A stretch of 51,580 bases of DNA, taken from assembly GCA_040290255.1 (NCBI GenBank), contig PSMU01000008.1, forward strand, positions 1 to 51,580, read 5' to 3'. Positions 15,845 to 24,907 of the stretch are shown here, piece after piece. The position numbers were made by a program, and so were the translations under genes. The notes beneath the pieces were generated by a model. The model was not told the DNA's origin, made no database searches, and was given only the letters and a program-made list of their open reading frames with translations. This stretch comes from Nitrososphaerota archaeon (GTDB lineage: Archaea; Thermoproteota; Nitrososphaeria; PSMU01). The stretch's first letter is position 1. Each line of letters starts with the position of its first letter.

Positions 15845-17566
15845 CTACTCCTCGAAGAGCTCCTGGGGCGTTAGGCTGTCCGCTATCCTCAGCGCCCTCT
15901 CATAGGCCTCGCCGATGAAAACCCTCAGGCCCGATGCGCAGCTCACAAGAAAGCCCCTCTCGCGGCTCAGCAGGAAGGCCAGCAGTCCTAACCCCAGGCT
16001 CAGCAGCGGCAGCGAAACCCTCATGGCTTCAACCGTGAGCAGCGGATTCGCGAGCCCCATCCCTTCCAGCAGCAGGCTGAGCCTCGTGTAAAGGCCCAGG
16101 CGCAGCAGGCCAGCAGCCCCCAGGGCGGCGGTAATAAGGAGCCCCAGGCCCAGCACCCACCAGCGCGGCCTCTTATGGCGCCTGATGCGCACGATCTCGC
16201 TGTAAGGGATGCTGATGATGCTTGCGTCCTTCTGAAGGATGAGCCTCTTAGTGGTCGAGAGGATCCTCTCGCGTCCCCTAACCCATGCCTCCAGCACCTT
16301 CTCCGGGGGCGCTAGCCGCGCCTCGCCTTCAGCCTGCTTGCCCCTCAGCAGGTCCAGCAGCCTCTTGGACAGGGCAAGGGTCAGCTCCATGATCGTGAAG
16401 TGCCTGACCCTCTGCTGGGCCCTTCTTCCCATCTTGGCCCTCAGTTTGGGATTCCTCGCGAGCAGCAGAACCGCTCGGGCGGCCCCCTCAAGATCGTCGG
16501 GCCCCCTCACCACGAGCCCCTCCTCGCCGTCCCTGATGAGCCAGGCCTGGCCCCCTACGCCGGATGTGATGATGGGCACGCCCATGTACATATGCTCCAG
16601 CTGGGCCAGGCCCAACGCCTCGGAGCGGCTGAGCAATATGTTCGCGTAAGAGGCCTTGATGAGGGCTGCCTTTTCCGCATCCGTTATTGCCCCCAAGAGA
16701 GTGACGTTCCTGAGGCCCTGCGCCTCCTGCTTCACCCTCTCCCCATACTCGCCCTCCAACTTGCCGGCTATGACGAAGTGCAGGTCGCGCTCATGCAGCA
16801 GCTCCTTGGCAACCTTCAGAACGGCCAAGGTGTTCTTCCTCTCCTCAACGGTGCCCAAGTAGCTGATGAGCTTCTTCCCGCTCGGCACGTTGGGCAGCTG
16901 CGTGTCGGGCAAATGCTGCAGCGACTCGGCATCGATCCCGCCGGGGAAGAGGAAGCACCTTTCCGGTCTCGCCCCGGCCTTGACCATGGCCTCCTGCTCC
17001 AAGGGCGTGACGCAGAGCAGCAGGTCTGCCTCCGCCAGGATCCGCGGCAGCGCGGATTCATTCCAGGTCTGCCTGTACGTCCTTTCCTCGACGAAGTACC
17101 TAGGATCATATGGGTCCTGGTAGTGGCTCATATGGCAGAAGAGCAGGGGCCTCTGCGGTACGCCGGACCTGGCGAGCGCCCTCTTCCAGGCCACGTAGTT
17201 GGCCACCTCCTCGGGCCCGTTCCACAGCGTGGAGTGCGTGACTAAGACGTTCAGCCTCAGGTCCTCCACGATCTTATCGAGCGCCGCCGTCAGGTCCTTG
17301 ATAAAGATGCGGCGAGGGGGCCAGGTGATCTTCCAGCCGGCCAGCCTGATGACGGGAATGCCCAGCCCTTCATCGTACGTATGAATAAAGCCGCCTCGCG
17401 CGGCTATCTCGGACTCCTCCACCACCGGCTCCCCGTCATGAAACTGGCTCGTGATCAGGTAGGCCTCGTGCCCCAGCCGCCTGAGCTCCCTGACCATCCG
17501 CTGGGCCACGAGCTCCTGGCCCTTAGAGGCGCTCGTCTGGTACATGAGGACCCCCACCCTCAGCAT
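15845..17566 (-). CDS. GT-B glycosyltransferase family 4 with a C-terminal membrane-anchored domain
   Basis: YLGTVEERKN, E-x7-E motif EALGLAQLE, GVPIITS; two C-terminal hydrophobic segments. Confidence 0.85.
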   Translation of the reverse strand: MLRVGVLMYQTSASKGQELVAQRMVRELRRLGHEAYLITSQFHDGEPVVEESEIAARGGFIHTYDEGLGIPVIRLAGWKITWPPRRIFIKDLTAALDKIVEDLRLNVLVTHSTLWNGPEEVANYVAWKRALARSGVPQRPLLFCHMSHYQDPYDPRYFVEERTYRQTWNESALPRILAEADLLLCVTPLEQEAMVKAGARPERCFLFPGGIDAESLQHLPDTQLPNVPSGKKLISYLGTVEERKNTLAVLKVAKELLHERDLHFVIAGKLEGEYGERVKQEAQGLRNVTLLGAITDAEKAALIKASYANILLSRSEALGLAQLEHMYMGVPIITSGVGGQAWLIRDGEEGLVVRGPDDLEGAARAVLLLARNPKLRAKMGRRAQQRVRHFTIMELTLALSKRLLDLLRGKQAEGEARLAPPEKVLEAWVRGRERILSTTKRLILQKDASIISIPYSEIVRIRRHKRPRWWVLGLGLLITAALGAAGLLRLGLYTRLSLLLEGMGLANPLLTVEAMRVSLPLLSLGLGLLAFLLSRERGFLVSCASGLRVFIGEAYERALRIADSLTPQELFEE

Positions 17567-17567
17567 G

Positions 17568-18317
17568 TCAACGCCTCACCAGCCCGGGCATGTCCCTTTT
17601 GAAGATAAGGCCGTTGTGCAGCAGGGCGCGCAGAAAGAGGTGAAGCTGCCCATACCTCACAAAGTAATCGCACCTCAAGCGCTCGGCGGGTTGCCCGTGC
17701 AGGACTCCTATGCCTATATCCGCCCTCTCAAAGGCCGCGTTGTCCTGCTCGGAATCCCCAAGATAGAGCACCCCTTGGCCCACGCCCAGCAAGGCCTTAA
17801 GCCTCTCCACTGCCCTCCCCTTGTCGGGCTCGCCCGCATAGGCATCCAGGTATTTCCTGTGGGCATGTAGGAGCACCTTGAGCCCGTGGCGCCTGAGCAC
17901 TGAAATGGCGGCCCACAGTTGGCTAGGTTTAGGCATCTCCCTGTGGCTCCAATCAAGGCAAAGGCCCGCCGCGCGTTCCCCTATCTTCTTAAGTTCCACC
18001 TCGAAGAGCGAGCACAGCTGCCCAAGCTCCAGCAGGGCCCGCTCCACGTCTCCTCTGAGCTCGCCCACCTCGCTTCCTCCGTCGTGGAGCCTTATCTCTA
18101 GCCCTGAAACACAGGCCCATGCGCGGGCAAAGGGGGTCCTGGGGCGCAAAAACTCGTAGTCCTTTGAGGATACTATGGCCACGGGGATGAGCGAGCCTAT
18201 GCGCTGCAGCGGGCGCAATACTCTCAGCGGGACCCGTGAGGAAACCCTTTGAGAGCCCTCATGGGCTATGGTGCCATCATAGTCCGTGAGCAGCGCCCTA
18301 ACGCGGAGCCCCCTCAT
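17568..18317 (-). CDS. HAD-superfamily IIB phosphatase
   Basis: LLTDYDGT, AIVSSK, DKGRA, YLGDSEQD. Confidence 0.85.
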   Translation of the reverse strand: MRGLRVRALLTDYDGTIAHEGSQRVSSRVPLRVLRPLQRIGSLIPVAIVSSKDYEFLRPRTPFARAWACVSGLEIRLHDGGSEVGELRGDVERALLELGQLCSLFEVELKKIGERAAGLCLDWSHREMPKPSQLWAAISVLRRHGLKVLLHAHRKYLDAYAGEPDKGRAVERLKALLGVGQGVLYLGDSEQDNAAFERADIGIGVLHGQPAERLRCDYFVRYGQLHLFLRALLHNGLIFKRDMPGLVRR

Positions 18318-18469
18318 GAGCGCGTCATTTAACCAGAGGCCTTTATCTTTAAGACCGCCCGGGACCAAAGTTCGCGGTCCGGGACCCAGCGCCTCCTTAG
18401 CTTACCTAGCGCATACCGCTGGGCCTTACCAGCCTGCTGCAGGGGAAGTGAGAGCTTCGGGCTGGGCGC

Positions 18470-19057
18470 TCACGGACCCTGGCCCTTCTCGAGCTCGAGC
18501 TCTAGCATGCCCTCTGATACCTTGCTCGACTTTATAGCCCAGGAGTAGGCGGACAGCACGCCCGCAATGATATGCTGGGCGCAGGTGGTAGCTTCGGCCG
18601 AAAGGCCGGCCCCCACGACCCTCAGCACATACTGAGGCCTCCCGCCCCTGTCCGTCTTCTTTACGTCCAGCCTCTTTATGGGCATCAGCCCCTCGAACTC
18701 CCTCGCTGCGGATAGTAGCTGCTCGAGGTCCTGGTAGAACATCTGCAGGTAGGTACCGATCCTCTGGCCCTGCTCGAACCAGGCCTGCTGGAGCCCCTCC
18801 CGGTCCAGCTCAAAGAGCCTGCGGATCATCTTCTCCAGCAGCGAGCCGGGGATGGGCACGGCATCCACCTCCTTTAGCATCTTCGAGAGCCTCCAGGCCG
18901 GGAAGGCCTCCTGAGGCGTTCCGCCCTGCCTGCAGATCGCGATCATGGCCTCCAGACACTCGTTCGCCAGCGCATAGAGCGTCTTATTCATCAGCTTCGC
19001 CTGGTCGGCGAGCTCCTTAGCAATCCTGTCCTCGACTGAGATGTTCGTCCTGGGCAC
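18470..19057 (-). CDS. Hypothetical protein with possible N-terminal ribbon-helix-helix (putative regulator)
   Basis: RTNISVEDRIAKELADQAKLMNKTLYALANECL fits a beta-alpha-alpha RHH pattern; GTG start at 19057 is inferred. Confidence 0.5.
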   Translation of the reverse strand: MPRTNISVEDRIAKELADQAKLMNKTLYALANECLEAMIAICRQGGTPQEAFPAWRLSKMLKEVDAVPIPGSLLEKMIRRLFELDREGLQQAWFEQGQRIGTYLQMFYQDLEQLLSAAREFEGLMPIKRLDVKKTDRGGRPQYVLRVVGAGLSAEATTCAQHIIAGVLSAYSWAIKSSKVSEGMLELELEKGQGP

Positions 19058-19180
19058 CTTAGCGACCTCGGCGCAAATGTAGATAAGCTTTCTCAACGGC
19101 ACAACGTTGCGCGCAGAAGCCCGCAAGTTCACGGACGCCGTTATATGCTGGTACGCCTTCGCCTGCTCGAGGTGCAGGGA

Positions 19181-19612
19181 ATGAGGTCCAAGGCGGTCGC
19201 GGCCGGTGCGGCCCTGGGCCTGGTGGCGATCGTCCTCACCTTTATGCTCCTGTTAGGCACGGCGCCCAAGGCCCCCTCCTCGCAGCAGACTACATCCTCC
19301 CCTCCGGCCTCGGCGCCCAGCTCGGTGACCGTTTTCATAAAGCAAGGCGCGGCAGTCAATACGAAGGACCCAGGCTACAGCCCCGCGAAGATCACCGTGG
19401 TCATAGGCGTCAACAACACCGTCGTCTGGAAGAACCTAGACAATGCCATTCATGACGAGTACATCTCTGGCCTGAACGTGAAGTCCCCCGACCTGAATTA
19501 TGGCGATACATGGAGCTACACGTTCACCGCGCCGGGCACCTATGAGTACGTCTGCGTCTACCATCCCTGGATGAAGGGCATCATCACCGTCCTGCCGGCC
19601 CAGGGCTCCTAG
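19181..19612 (+). CDS. Membrane-anchored cupredoxin (plastocyanin/azurin family blue copper protein)
   Basis: N-terminal TM, S/P-rich linker, N..AIH and CVYHPWM type-1 copper ligands. Confidence 0.88.
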   Translation: MRSKAVAAGAALGLVAIVLTFMLLLGTAPKAPSSQQTTSSPPASAPSSVTVFIKQGAAVNTKDPGYSPAKITVVIGVNNTVVWKNLDNAIHDEYISGLNVKSPDLNYGDTWSYTFTAPGTYEYVCVYHPWMKGIITVLPAQGS

Positions 19613-19772
19613 ACATGCTCTTTTTGCTTGAGGGCCGATGGCGGAGGCCCTTCATGCCGTATAAGGCCCGGTAGCGCCGTTATGCCCTCACTTCTACCGG
19701 CCAAAGCGACCCGGCCCCTTATGCCGCCGCTAAGGGGGTGCTCTAGGGGCGGGCGGCAGCGGGCTCCTAAGC

Positions 19773-19781
19773 CTTAAATAA
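19773..19781 (+). promoter_or_regulatory. TATA box of acsA
   Basis: CTTAAATAA about 23 nt upstream of ATG 19804. Confidence 0.55.
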
Positions 19782-19803
19782 CATCTCGGCATACAAAGGG
19801 CCT

Positions 19804-21840
19804 ATGCCCGATGAGGGGGAAGCCTTCCCCCTTCAGGAATCCCTTCCCTTTAGGGAGAGCGTGGTCCTAGACAGCTGGGCACATAGGAATATCAGCGCCG
19901 CAGCTTATTTGGAGTTTCAAAGGGGCACCGTGCGCGACTTTGAGCGCTTCTGGGGCGAAGTGGCGAGGGAGCTGGAGTGGTTCAGGCCCTATGAGAGGCC
20001 GCTGGAAAGGGCCGAATATCCTAACGTTTACAGGTGGTTCCCCGGCGGGCTCATCAACGCATCCCACCTTTGCCTGGACCGCCACATAAGGGGGTGGAGG
20101 AGGAACAAGGTGGCCCTGATCTGGGAGGGGGAACCGGCCGGCGAGGACCTCTGCCCAGCGGAGCGCAGGGTGCTTACATATCAGGAGCTCTGGCGCGAGG
20201 TCAACCGCGCTTCATACCTCATGAAGGAGAGGCTGGGCCTTAGGAAGGGGGATAGGATCGCCCTGTATATGCCCATGGTGCCCGAGCTGCCCATCATCAT
20301 GCTCGCCGCCGCGCGGCTGGGCGTCATCTTCACCCAGGTCTTCAGTGGCTTCAGCTACCAGGCCCTCGCGGACAGGATCAACGACCTTAGGGCCAAGGCG
20401 CTCTTCACCGCGGACGGCTTCTATAGGCGCGGAAAGGCCATCAGGCTTAAGGAGATAGCGGACCAGGCCCTCGAGCAGTGCCCCCAGGTGGAAAAGGTGG
20501 TCTTGACCAGGAGGCTGGGGCTAGGGGATATTGCCCTGAGTCAGGGCAGGGATTTCTACTTGGATGAGCTGCTGCGCGAGGTGCCGGCGAACGCCTACGT
20601 AGAACCGGAGCGGTTGGAGAGCACGGACACGCTTTACGTATTATATACATCCGGCACGACGGGCAAGCCCAAGGGCCAGATCCATGATAACGGCGGGTAT
20701 CTCGTGCTGCTGCATGCCACTATGAAGTGGGTCTTCGACATCAGGGATGAGGACATCTACTGGTGCACGGCCGACATAGGCTGGGTAACGGGACACTCCT
20801 ATGTGGTCTTCGGGCCCCTGCTGGAGGGCGCCACGGTCATCATGTATGAGGGCGCCCCGGACTATCCATCCCCCGAGCGCTGGTGGAGCATCATAGAGAG
20901 GAACAGGGTCACGATCTTCTACACGACGCCCACCGCCATCAGGGGGCTCATGAGATATGGCGAGGGGCCCGTCAAGAAGCACGACCTCTCAAGCCTCAGG
21001 CTCATTCATAGCGTGGGCGAGCCGCTGAACCCCTCGGCCTGGCGCTGGCTCTTCGAGGTGGTGGGAGGGCGCCGCTGTCCTGTGGGCTCCACTTGGTGGA
21101 TGACCGAGACGGGGGGCATCCTCATCTCCCATGCCCCTGGCCTCATGCTGGTCCCGCTCAAGCCCGGCACAAACGGGCCCCCCTTGCCCGGCATAGATGC
21201 CGATGTGCTCGATGAGGAGGGCAGGCCCGCCAGGCCCCTGGAGAGGGGCTACTTGGTGATTAGGAACCCCTTCCCGGGCATGCCGGGACCGCCCACGGGC
21301 ATGTGGGGCGACCCGGAAAGGTACCAGCAGGTCTACTATTCCCGCTTCGGCGTCTTCTATACCGGCGACTACGCCATAAAGGACGAGGATGGCTACATAT
21401 GGGTGGCGGGCAGGGCCGATGAGGTGCTCAAGGTGGCCGGCCACCGGCTGGGCACCTACGAGCTGGAGTCCGCGCTGGTCGCACATCCCATGGTGGCCGA
21501 AGCGGCCGTGGTGGGCGTGCCCGACGAGGTGAAGGGCGAGGTGCCCATCGCCTTCGTGGTCCTGAAGCAGGGAAGCGACCCCGGCAGCTCCATGGCCGAG
21601 GAGCTGAGGAAGTGGGTAAGGACCAGCCTGGGCCCCATCGCCGAGCCCAAGCACGTGTTCATCGTGAGCAAACTGCCCAAGACCCGGAGCGGCAAGATCA
21701 TGAGGCGCGTGGTCAGGGCGGTGGCGCTGGGGAAGGGCGTGGGTGATATCACCACGCTGGAGGACGAAGCCGCGGTGGAGGAGGTCAGGGCCGCGCACGA
21801 GGCGCTGCTGAAGGAGCTCGGCGCCGCGGGCCGAGGATGA
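19804..21840 (+). CDS. acsA: Acetate--CoA ligase (AMP-forming acetyl-CoA synthetase)
   Basis: YTSGTTGKPKG, WCTADIGWVTGHSY, SVGEPLN, TWWMTETG, LPKTRSGKIMRR. Confidence 0.93.
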   Translation: MPDEGEAFPLQESLPFRESVVLDSWAHRNISAAAYLEFQRGTVRDFERFWGEVARELEWFRPYERPLERAEYPNVYRWFPGGLINASHLCLDRHIRGWRRNKVALIWEGEPAGEDLCPAERRVLTYQELWREVNRASYLMKERLGLRKGDRIALYMPMVPELPIIMLAAARLGVIFTQVFSGFSYQALADRINDLRAKALFTADGFYRRGKAIRLKEIADQALEQCPQVEKVVLTRRLGLGDIALSQGRDFYLDELLREVPANAYVEPERLESTDTLYVLYTSGTTGKPKGQIHDNGGYLVLLHATMKWVFDIRDEDIYWCTADIGWVTGHSYVVFGPLLEGATVIMYEGAPDYPSPERWWSIIERNRVTIFYTTPTAIRGLMRYGEGPVKKHDLSSLRLIHSVGEPLNPSAWRWLFEVVGGRRCPVGSTWWMTETGGILISHAPGLMLVPLKPGTNGPPLPGIDADVLDEEGRPARPLERGYLVIRNPFPGMPGPPTGMWGDPERYQQVYYSRFGVFYTGDYAIKDEDGYIWVAGRADEVLKVAGHRLGTYELESALVAHPMVAEAAVVGVPDEVKGEVPIAFVVLKQGSDPGSSMAEELRKWVRTSLGPIAEPKHVFIVSKLPKTRSGKIMRRVVRAVALGKGVGDITTLEDEAAVEEVRAAHEALLKELGAAGRG

Positions 21841-21849
21841 GCCCCTAGT

Positions 21850-22992
21850 TTACCTCTCCCTGACAAGGGCCAGGAGCGGCAGGGGGATGAGCGCGAAGGC
21901 GGCGAGCGCGGCCCAGGCCAGGTCGAAGGAGGCTACTTCGGCCAGTAGCGGAAACACGAACGCGATCAGCGAGCCCAGCGCGATCTGGATCGCGTTTATG
22001 AGGCCCAGCGCCAGCGGCAGGACCTCGCCCGGCACATGCTCATAGCCGGTGGGGATGGCGTACATGATGGAGAAGATGGCCCCCGCTGTGAGGCCCAGCA
22101 GCAGCGCATAGGCGGGTATTAACGCTCCTCGATAAGAGGGCGTGAGCGCGAGGGAGAGGGCCAGGGCGGTGGTAAAGGCCAGGAGCAGGGCCCTCCTTCT
22201 GCCCACTCTATCGGAGATGTGGCCGAGGAGAGGGCCGCCCACACAGCCCCCAAAAAGGACCAGCGAGGTGATCAGGGCCGAGGAGGACTCGTCCAGCCGC
22301 CCCTTGAGCACGAAGTAGGAGTGAAGGTACTGCGAGGCCGCAAAATACGAGCCCCAGAAGCCCGCCAAGGCGAGCCCCAAGAGGGCCACATCCCTGCTCA
22401 AGGCCAGCCTCAGCTTGGCCGTCGTTACGACCGGATCCCTGGGCAATACGATATCATTCTCCACCGTGAAGGCCAACGCCGCCAGCCCCGACAGGATTAG
22501 GCTGCCCCTCCAACCCAAGAGCTGGGCGACGAGGGCCCAGCCCGCAACGCCGATGCCGGCGCCCAAGTTAAAGGCCGCGTTATAAAGGCCCAGCGCCAGC
22601 CCCTCCCTCCTGGCCTCGAAGATATCCTTGAGCAGCCTTATCGCGGTCGAGAAGTATAAGGCAGCCCCCACGCCCACCAGGAATCGAAGCGCCAGCAGCG
22701 CCCCAAGGCTGCGGGCAAGGCCTGACAGGAGCGTGGAGATGCCGAGCATGTACATGCCGAGCATGGCTATCCTCTTGGCGCCATACCTTGCCGCCAGAAG
22801 CCCCGCCGGCAGCTGGAAGAGCGCGGCGCCGAGGAGAAAGGAGCTGGGCACGAGGCCCAGGTAGCCCAGCCGCACTGAGAGCTCCGAACTGATGGCGAGA
22901 TACAGTGGGGCCATGTTGTACCAATTTAGCCCGTAGATGCCCCTGGTGGCTATTATGGAGGCTATGAGGAAGGCGCGGTTATTGCTGGGCAC
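21850..22992 (-). CDS. MFS transporter
   Basis: About 12 TM segments; motif A-like GLLAARYGAKR and GHISDRVGRR; GTG start at 22992 is inferred. Confidence 0.88.
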   Translation of the reverse strand: MPSNNRAFLIASIIATRGIYGLNWYNMAPLYLAISSELSVRLGYLGLVPSSFLLGAALFQLPAGLLAARYGAKRIAMLGMYMLGISTLLSGLARSLGALLALRFLVGVGAALYFSTAIRLLKDIFEARREGLALGLYNAAFNLGAGIGVAGWALVAQLLGWRGSLILSGLAALAFTVENDIVLPRDPVVTTAKLRLALSRDVALLGLALAGFWGSYFAASQYLHSYFVLKGRLDESSSALITSLVLFGGCVGGPLLGHISDRVGRRRALLLAFTTALALSLALTPSYRGALIPAYALLLGLTAGAIFSIMYAIPTGYEHVPGEVLPLALGLINAIQIALGSLIAFVFPLLAEVASFDLAWAALAAFALIPLPLLALVRER

Positions 22993-23300
22993 CTCGCCGG
23001 CTCGGGTCCGGGCCCATATATCGCTTCGGTGCCGCCGGCTCCTTACATCTTCCGTGGGCCATGACCGCTCCCGGCCCTCGCGCTGCCCTAAGCCTGCGCC
23101 AAGGCGGGCAGGGCCAACGGGGTACGCGCTCGTGGCTGGCCGACCTTTTAGGACGAGGCCCAGCAGCACCTGGCGCGCTGCAGCACAAAAAGGATCCTTG
23201 AGGCCTGACAGGCGCTTGCCTTGGGGCGCGCAGCGTCAGATGTGTGGGCTTCGATGGCGCAGGGCGATGCCTTATATCGTTGATAGCAGATAAGGAGTCC

Positions 23301-23684
23301 GTGCCGGCCCTGCTCTACGACCAGCACTGCTACGCCTGCAGCGTGGCCGCGCTTGCCCTCGCGAGGCTCACGAGGGGCTACGTCGAGCTGAGGCCTCTGA
23401 GTGAGCGCCAGCCCGGGAAGGCCCGGCTCGGCGCTCGGCTCAGCGTGGGAGGATGGAACTTTTCAGGGCTCTTCGTCTTGGCGGCCCTGCTGCCATACGT
23501 GCTGGTCGGACTCGTCAGGCCCGGCTCGCTTCCAAAGGGCCTTTCGCAGGTCTACTCAAGCGGCAGATGCCTGTTCCCCTGCCAGGGGTTCAGGGCCATA
23601 GTCCTTAGGCTCCTAAGCTTTGTCGCCTCCACGGCCATCACGCCCGGCAAGGAAGGAGCTCAGCCTGCTCACGGCCTCACGTAA
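23301..23684 (+). CDS. DCC1-like (DUF393) thiol-disulfide oxidoreductase-like protein, divergent
   Basis: LLYDQHCYAC (DxxCxxC); AAGGAG upstream of GTG 23301. Confidence 0.5.
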   Translation: MPALLYDQHCYACSVAALALARLTRGYVELRPLSERQPGKARLGARLSVGGWNFSGLFVLAALLPYVLVGLVRPGSLPKGLSQVYSSGRCLFPCQGFRAIVLRLLSFVASTAITPGKEGAQPAHGLT

Positions 23685-24806
23685 CGTAGCTAGCTGCTTG
23701 CAGAAGGCGAACCTGATCTTGCTAGCGCCATATTTTCCGTTAAGGTAAAAGCTGGAGCCTGGCACGACGGCCACGCGCGCCCCGCTGACCAGGCGAAGGC
23801 TGAAGGCGACATCATCCTCCCCGCTCAGGGCAGAGAAGTCCGCCAACACATAATACGCCCCTTGGGGCATCGGGGCCACGAAGCCAAGCTCCCTAAGCGC
23901 TGGCACGAAGTAATTCCTTCTCCGTTCATACTCGCTGGCCAATTCGCTGTAGTAGCTCTCGGGAAGCGAAAGAGCATGGAGCGCGGCCCACTGCAGCGGC
24001 GTCGGGGCGCAGACGGTCATGTAATCGTGTACCTTCCTGATGGCGGCGGTGAGTTCCGCGGGCGCCACGACATATCCCACCCGCCAACCGGTGGCGCTGT
24101 GGCTCTTAGAAATGCCCGAGATGGTTATCGTCCTATCGCACATGTCGCCCAAGGCGGCTAAACTCATATGCTTCAGCCCATCGTAGATTATATGCTCGTA
24201 GATCTCATCCGTGAGGGCATAGGAGCCCCGCTCGGCGCATAGATCGGCTATGAGCCTGAGGGCCTTCTTATCGAAGACCTTGCCCGTGGGATTGTGGGGG
24301 GTGTTCACGATGATCGCCTTGGTCCTGGGCCCGAAGGCCTCCTTCAGAGCCTCCTCATCCAGGCCAAAGTCCTCGCCGCTCAGCGTCACGCATCTGGGCC
24401 TCGCGCCCGCAAGCAGGATGGCAGGGATGTAGTTCTCATAGGAGGGCTCGAGGACGATGAACTCATCGCCCGGATTGGCCAGGGCCAGGATGGAGGCGAA
24501 CATCGCCTCGGTGGAGCCGCAGGTGATGGTCACGTTAAGGTCGGGGTCAGCATCTATGCCGTTGAACCTCTTGACCTTGCGGGCCACCGCCGCCCTCAGC
24601 TCGGGCAGCCCCCAGGTGAAGGAGTACTGGTTTTCACCCCCCCTGATGGCCTTTATCGCCCCCTCCTTGACCTGCTCAGGCGGATCGAAGTCGGGAAAGC
24701 CCTGGGCCAGGTTTATCGCATCGTGGCGCTCCGCCAGCCTGGTCATCTCCCTGATGACCGACTCCCTTATGCCCTGCAGCCTCTTCGAGATGGGCTTCGG
24801 GCCCAC
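23613..24806 (-). CDS. PLP-dependent class I/II aminotransferase (YbdL / methionine aminotransferase-like)
   Basis: INLAQGFPDF, NTPHNPTGK, DEIYEH, SKSHSATGWRVG, RFAFCK. Confidence 0.92.
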   Translation of the reverse strand: MGPKPISKRLQGIRESVIREMTRLAERHDAINLAQGFPDFDPPEQVKEGAIKAIRGGENQYSFTWGLPELRAAVARKVKRFNGIDADPDLNVTITCGSTEAMFASILALANPGDEFIVLEPSYENYIPAILLAGARPRCVTLSGEDFGLDEEALKEAFGPRTKAIIVNTPHNPTGKVFDKKALRLIADLCAERGSYALTDEIYEHIIYDGLKHMSLAALGDMCDRTITISGISKSHSATGWRVGYVVAPAELTAAIRKVHDYMTVCAPTPLQWAALHALSLPESYYSELASEYERRRNYFVPALRELGFVAPMPQGAYYVLADFSALSGEDDVAFSLRLVSGARVAVVPGSSFYLNGKYGASKIRFAFCKQLATLREAVSRLSSFLAGRDGRGGDKA

Positions 24807-24907
24807 GCCTTAGCCTAAAGGCCATGGCTTTAAGCGCTCTTCGCGTTGCGCTTGCCTAGAAGGTCGCTTTACAGGAAGCTTTTATAGCGATGTTATGAGC
24901 CCACGCC

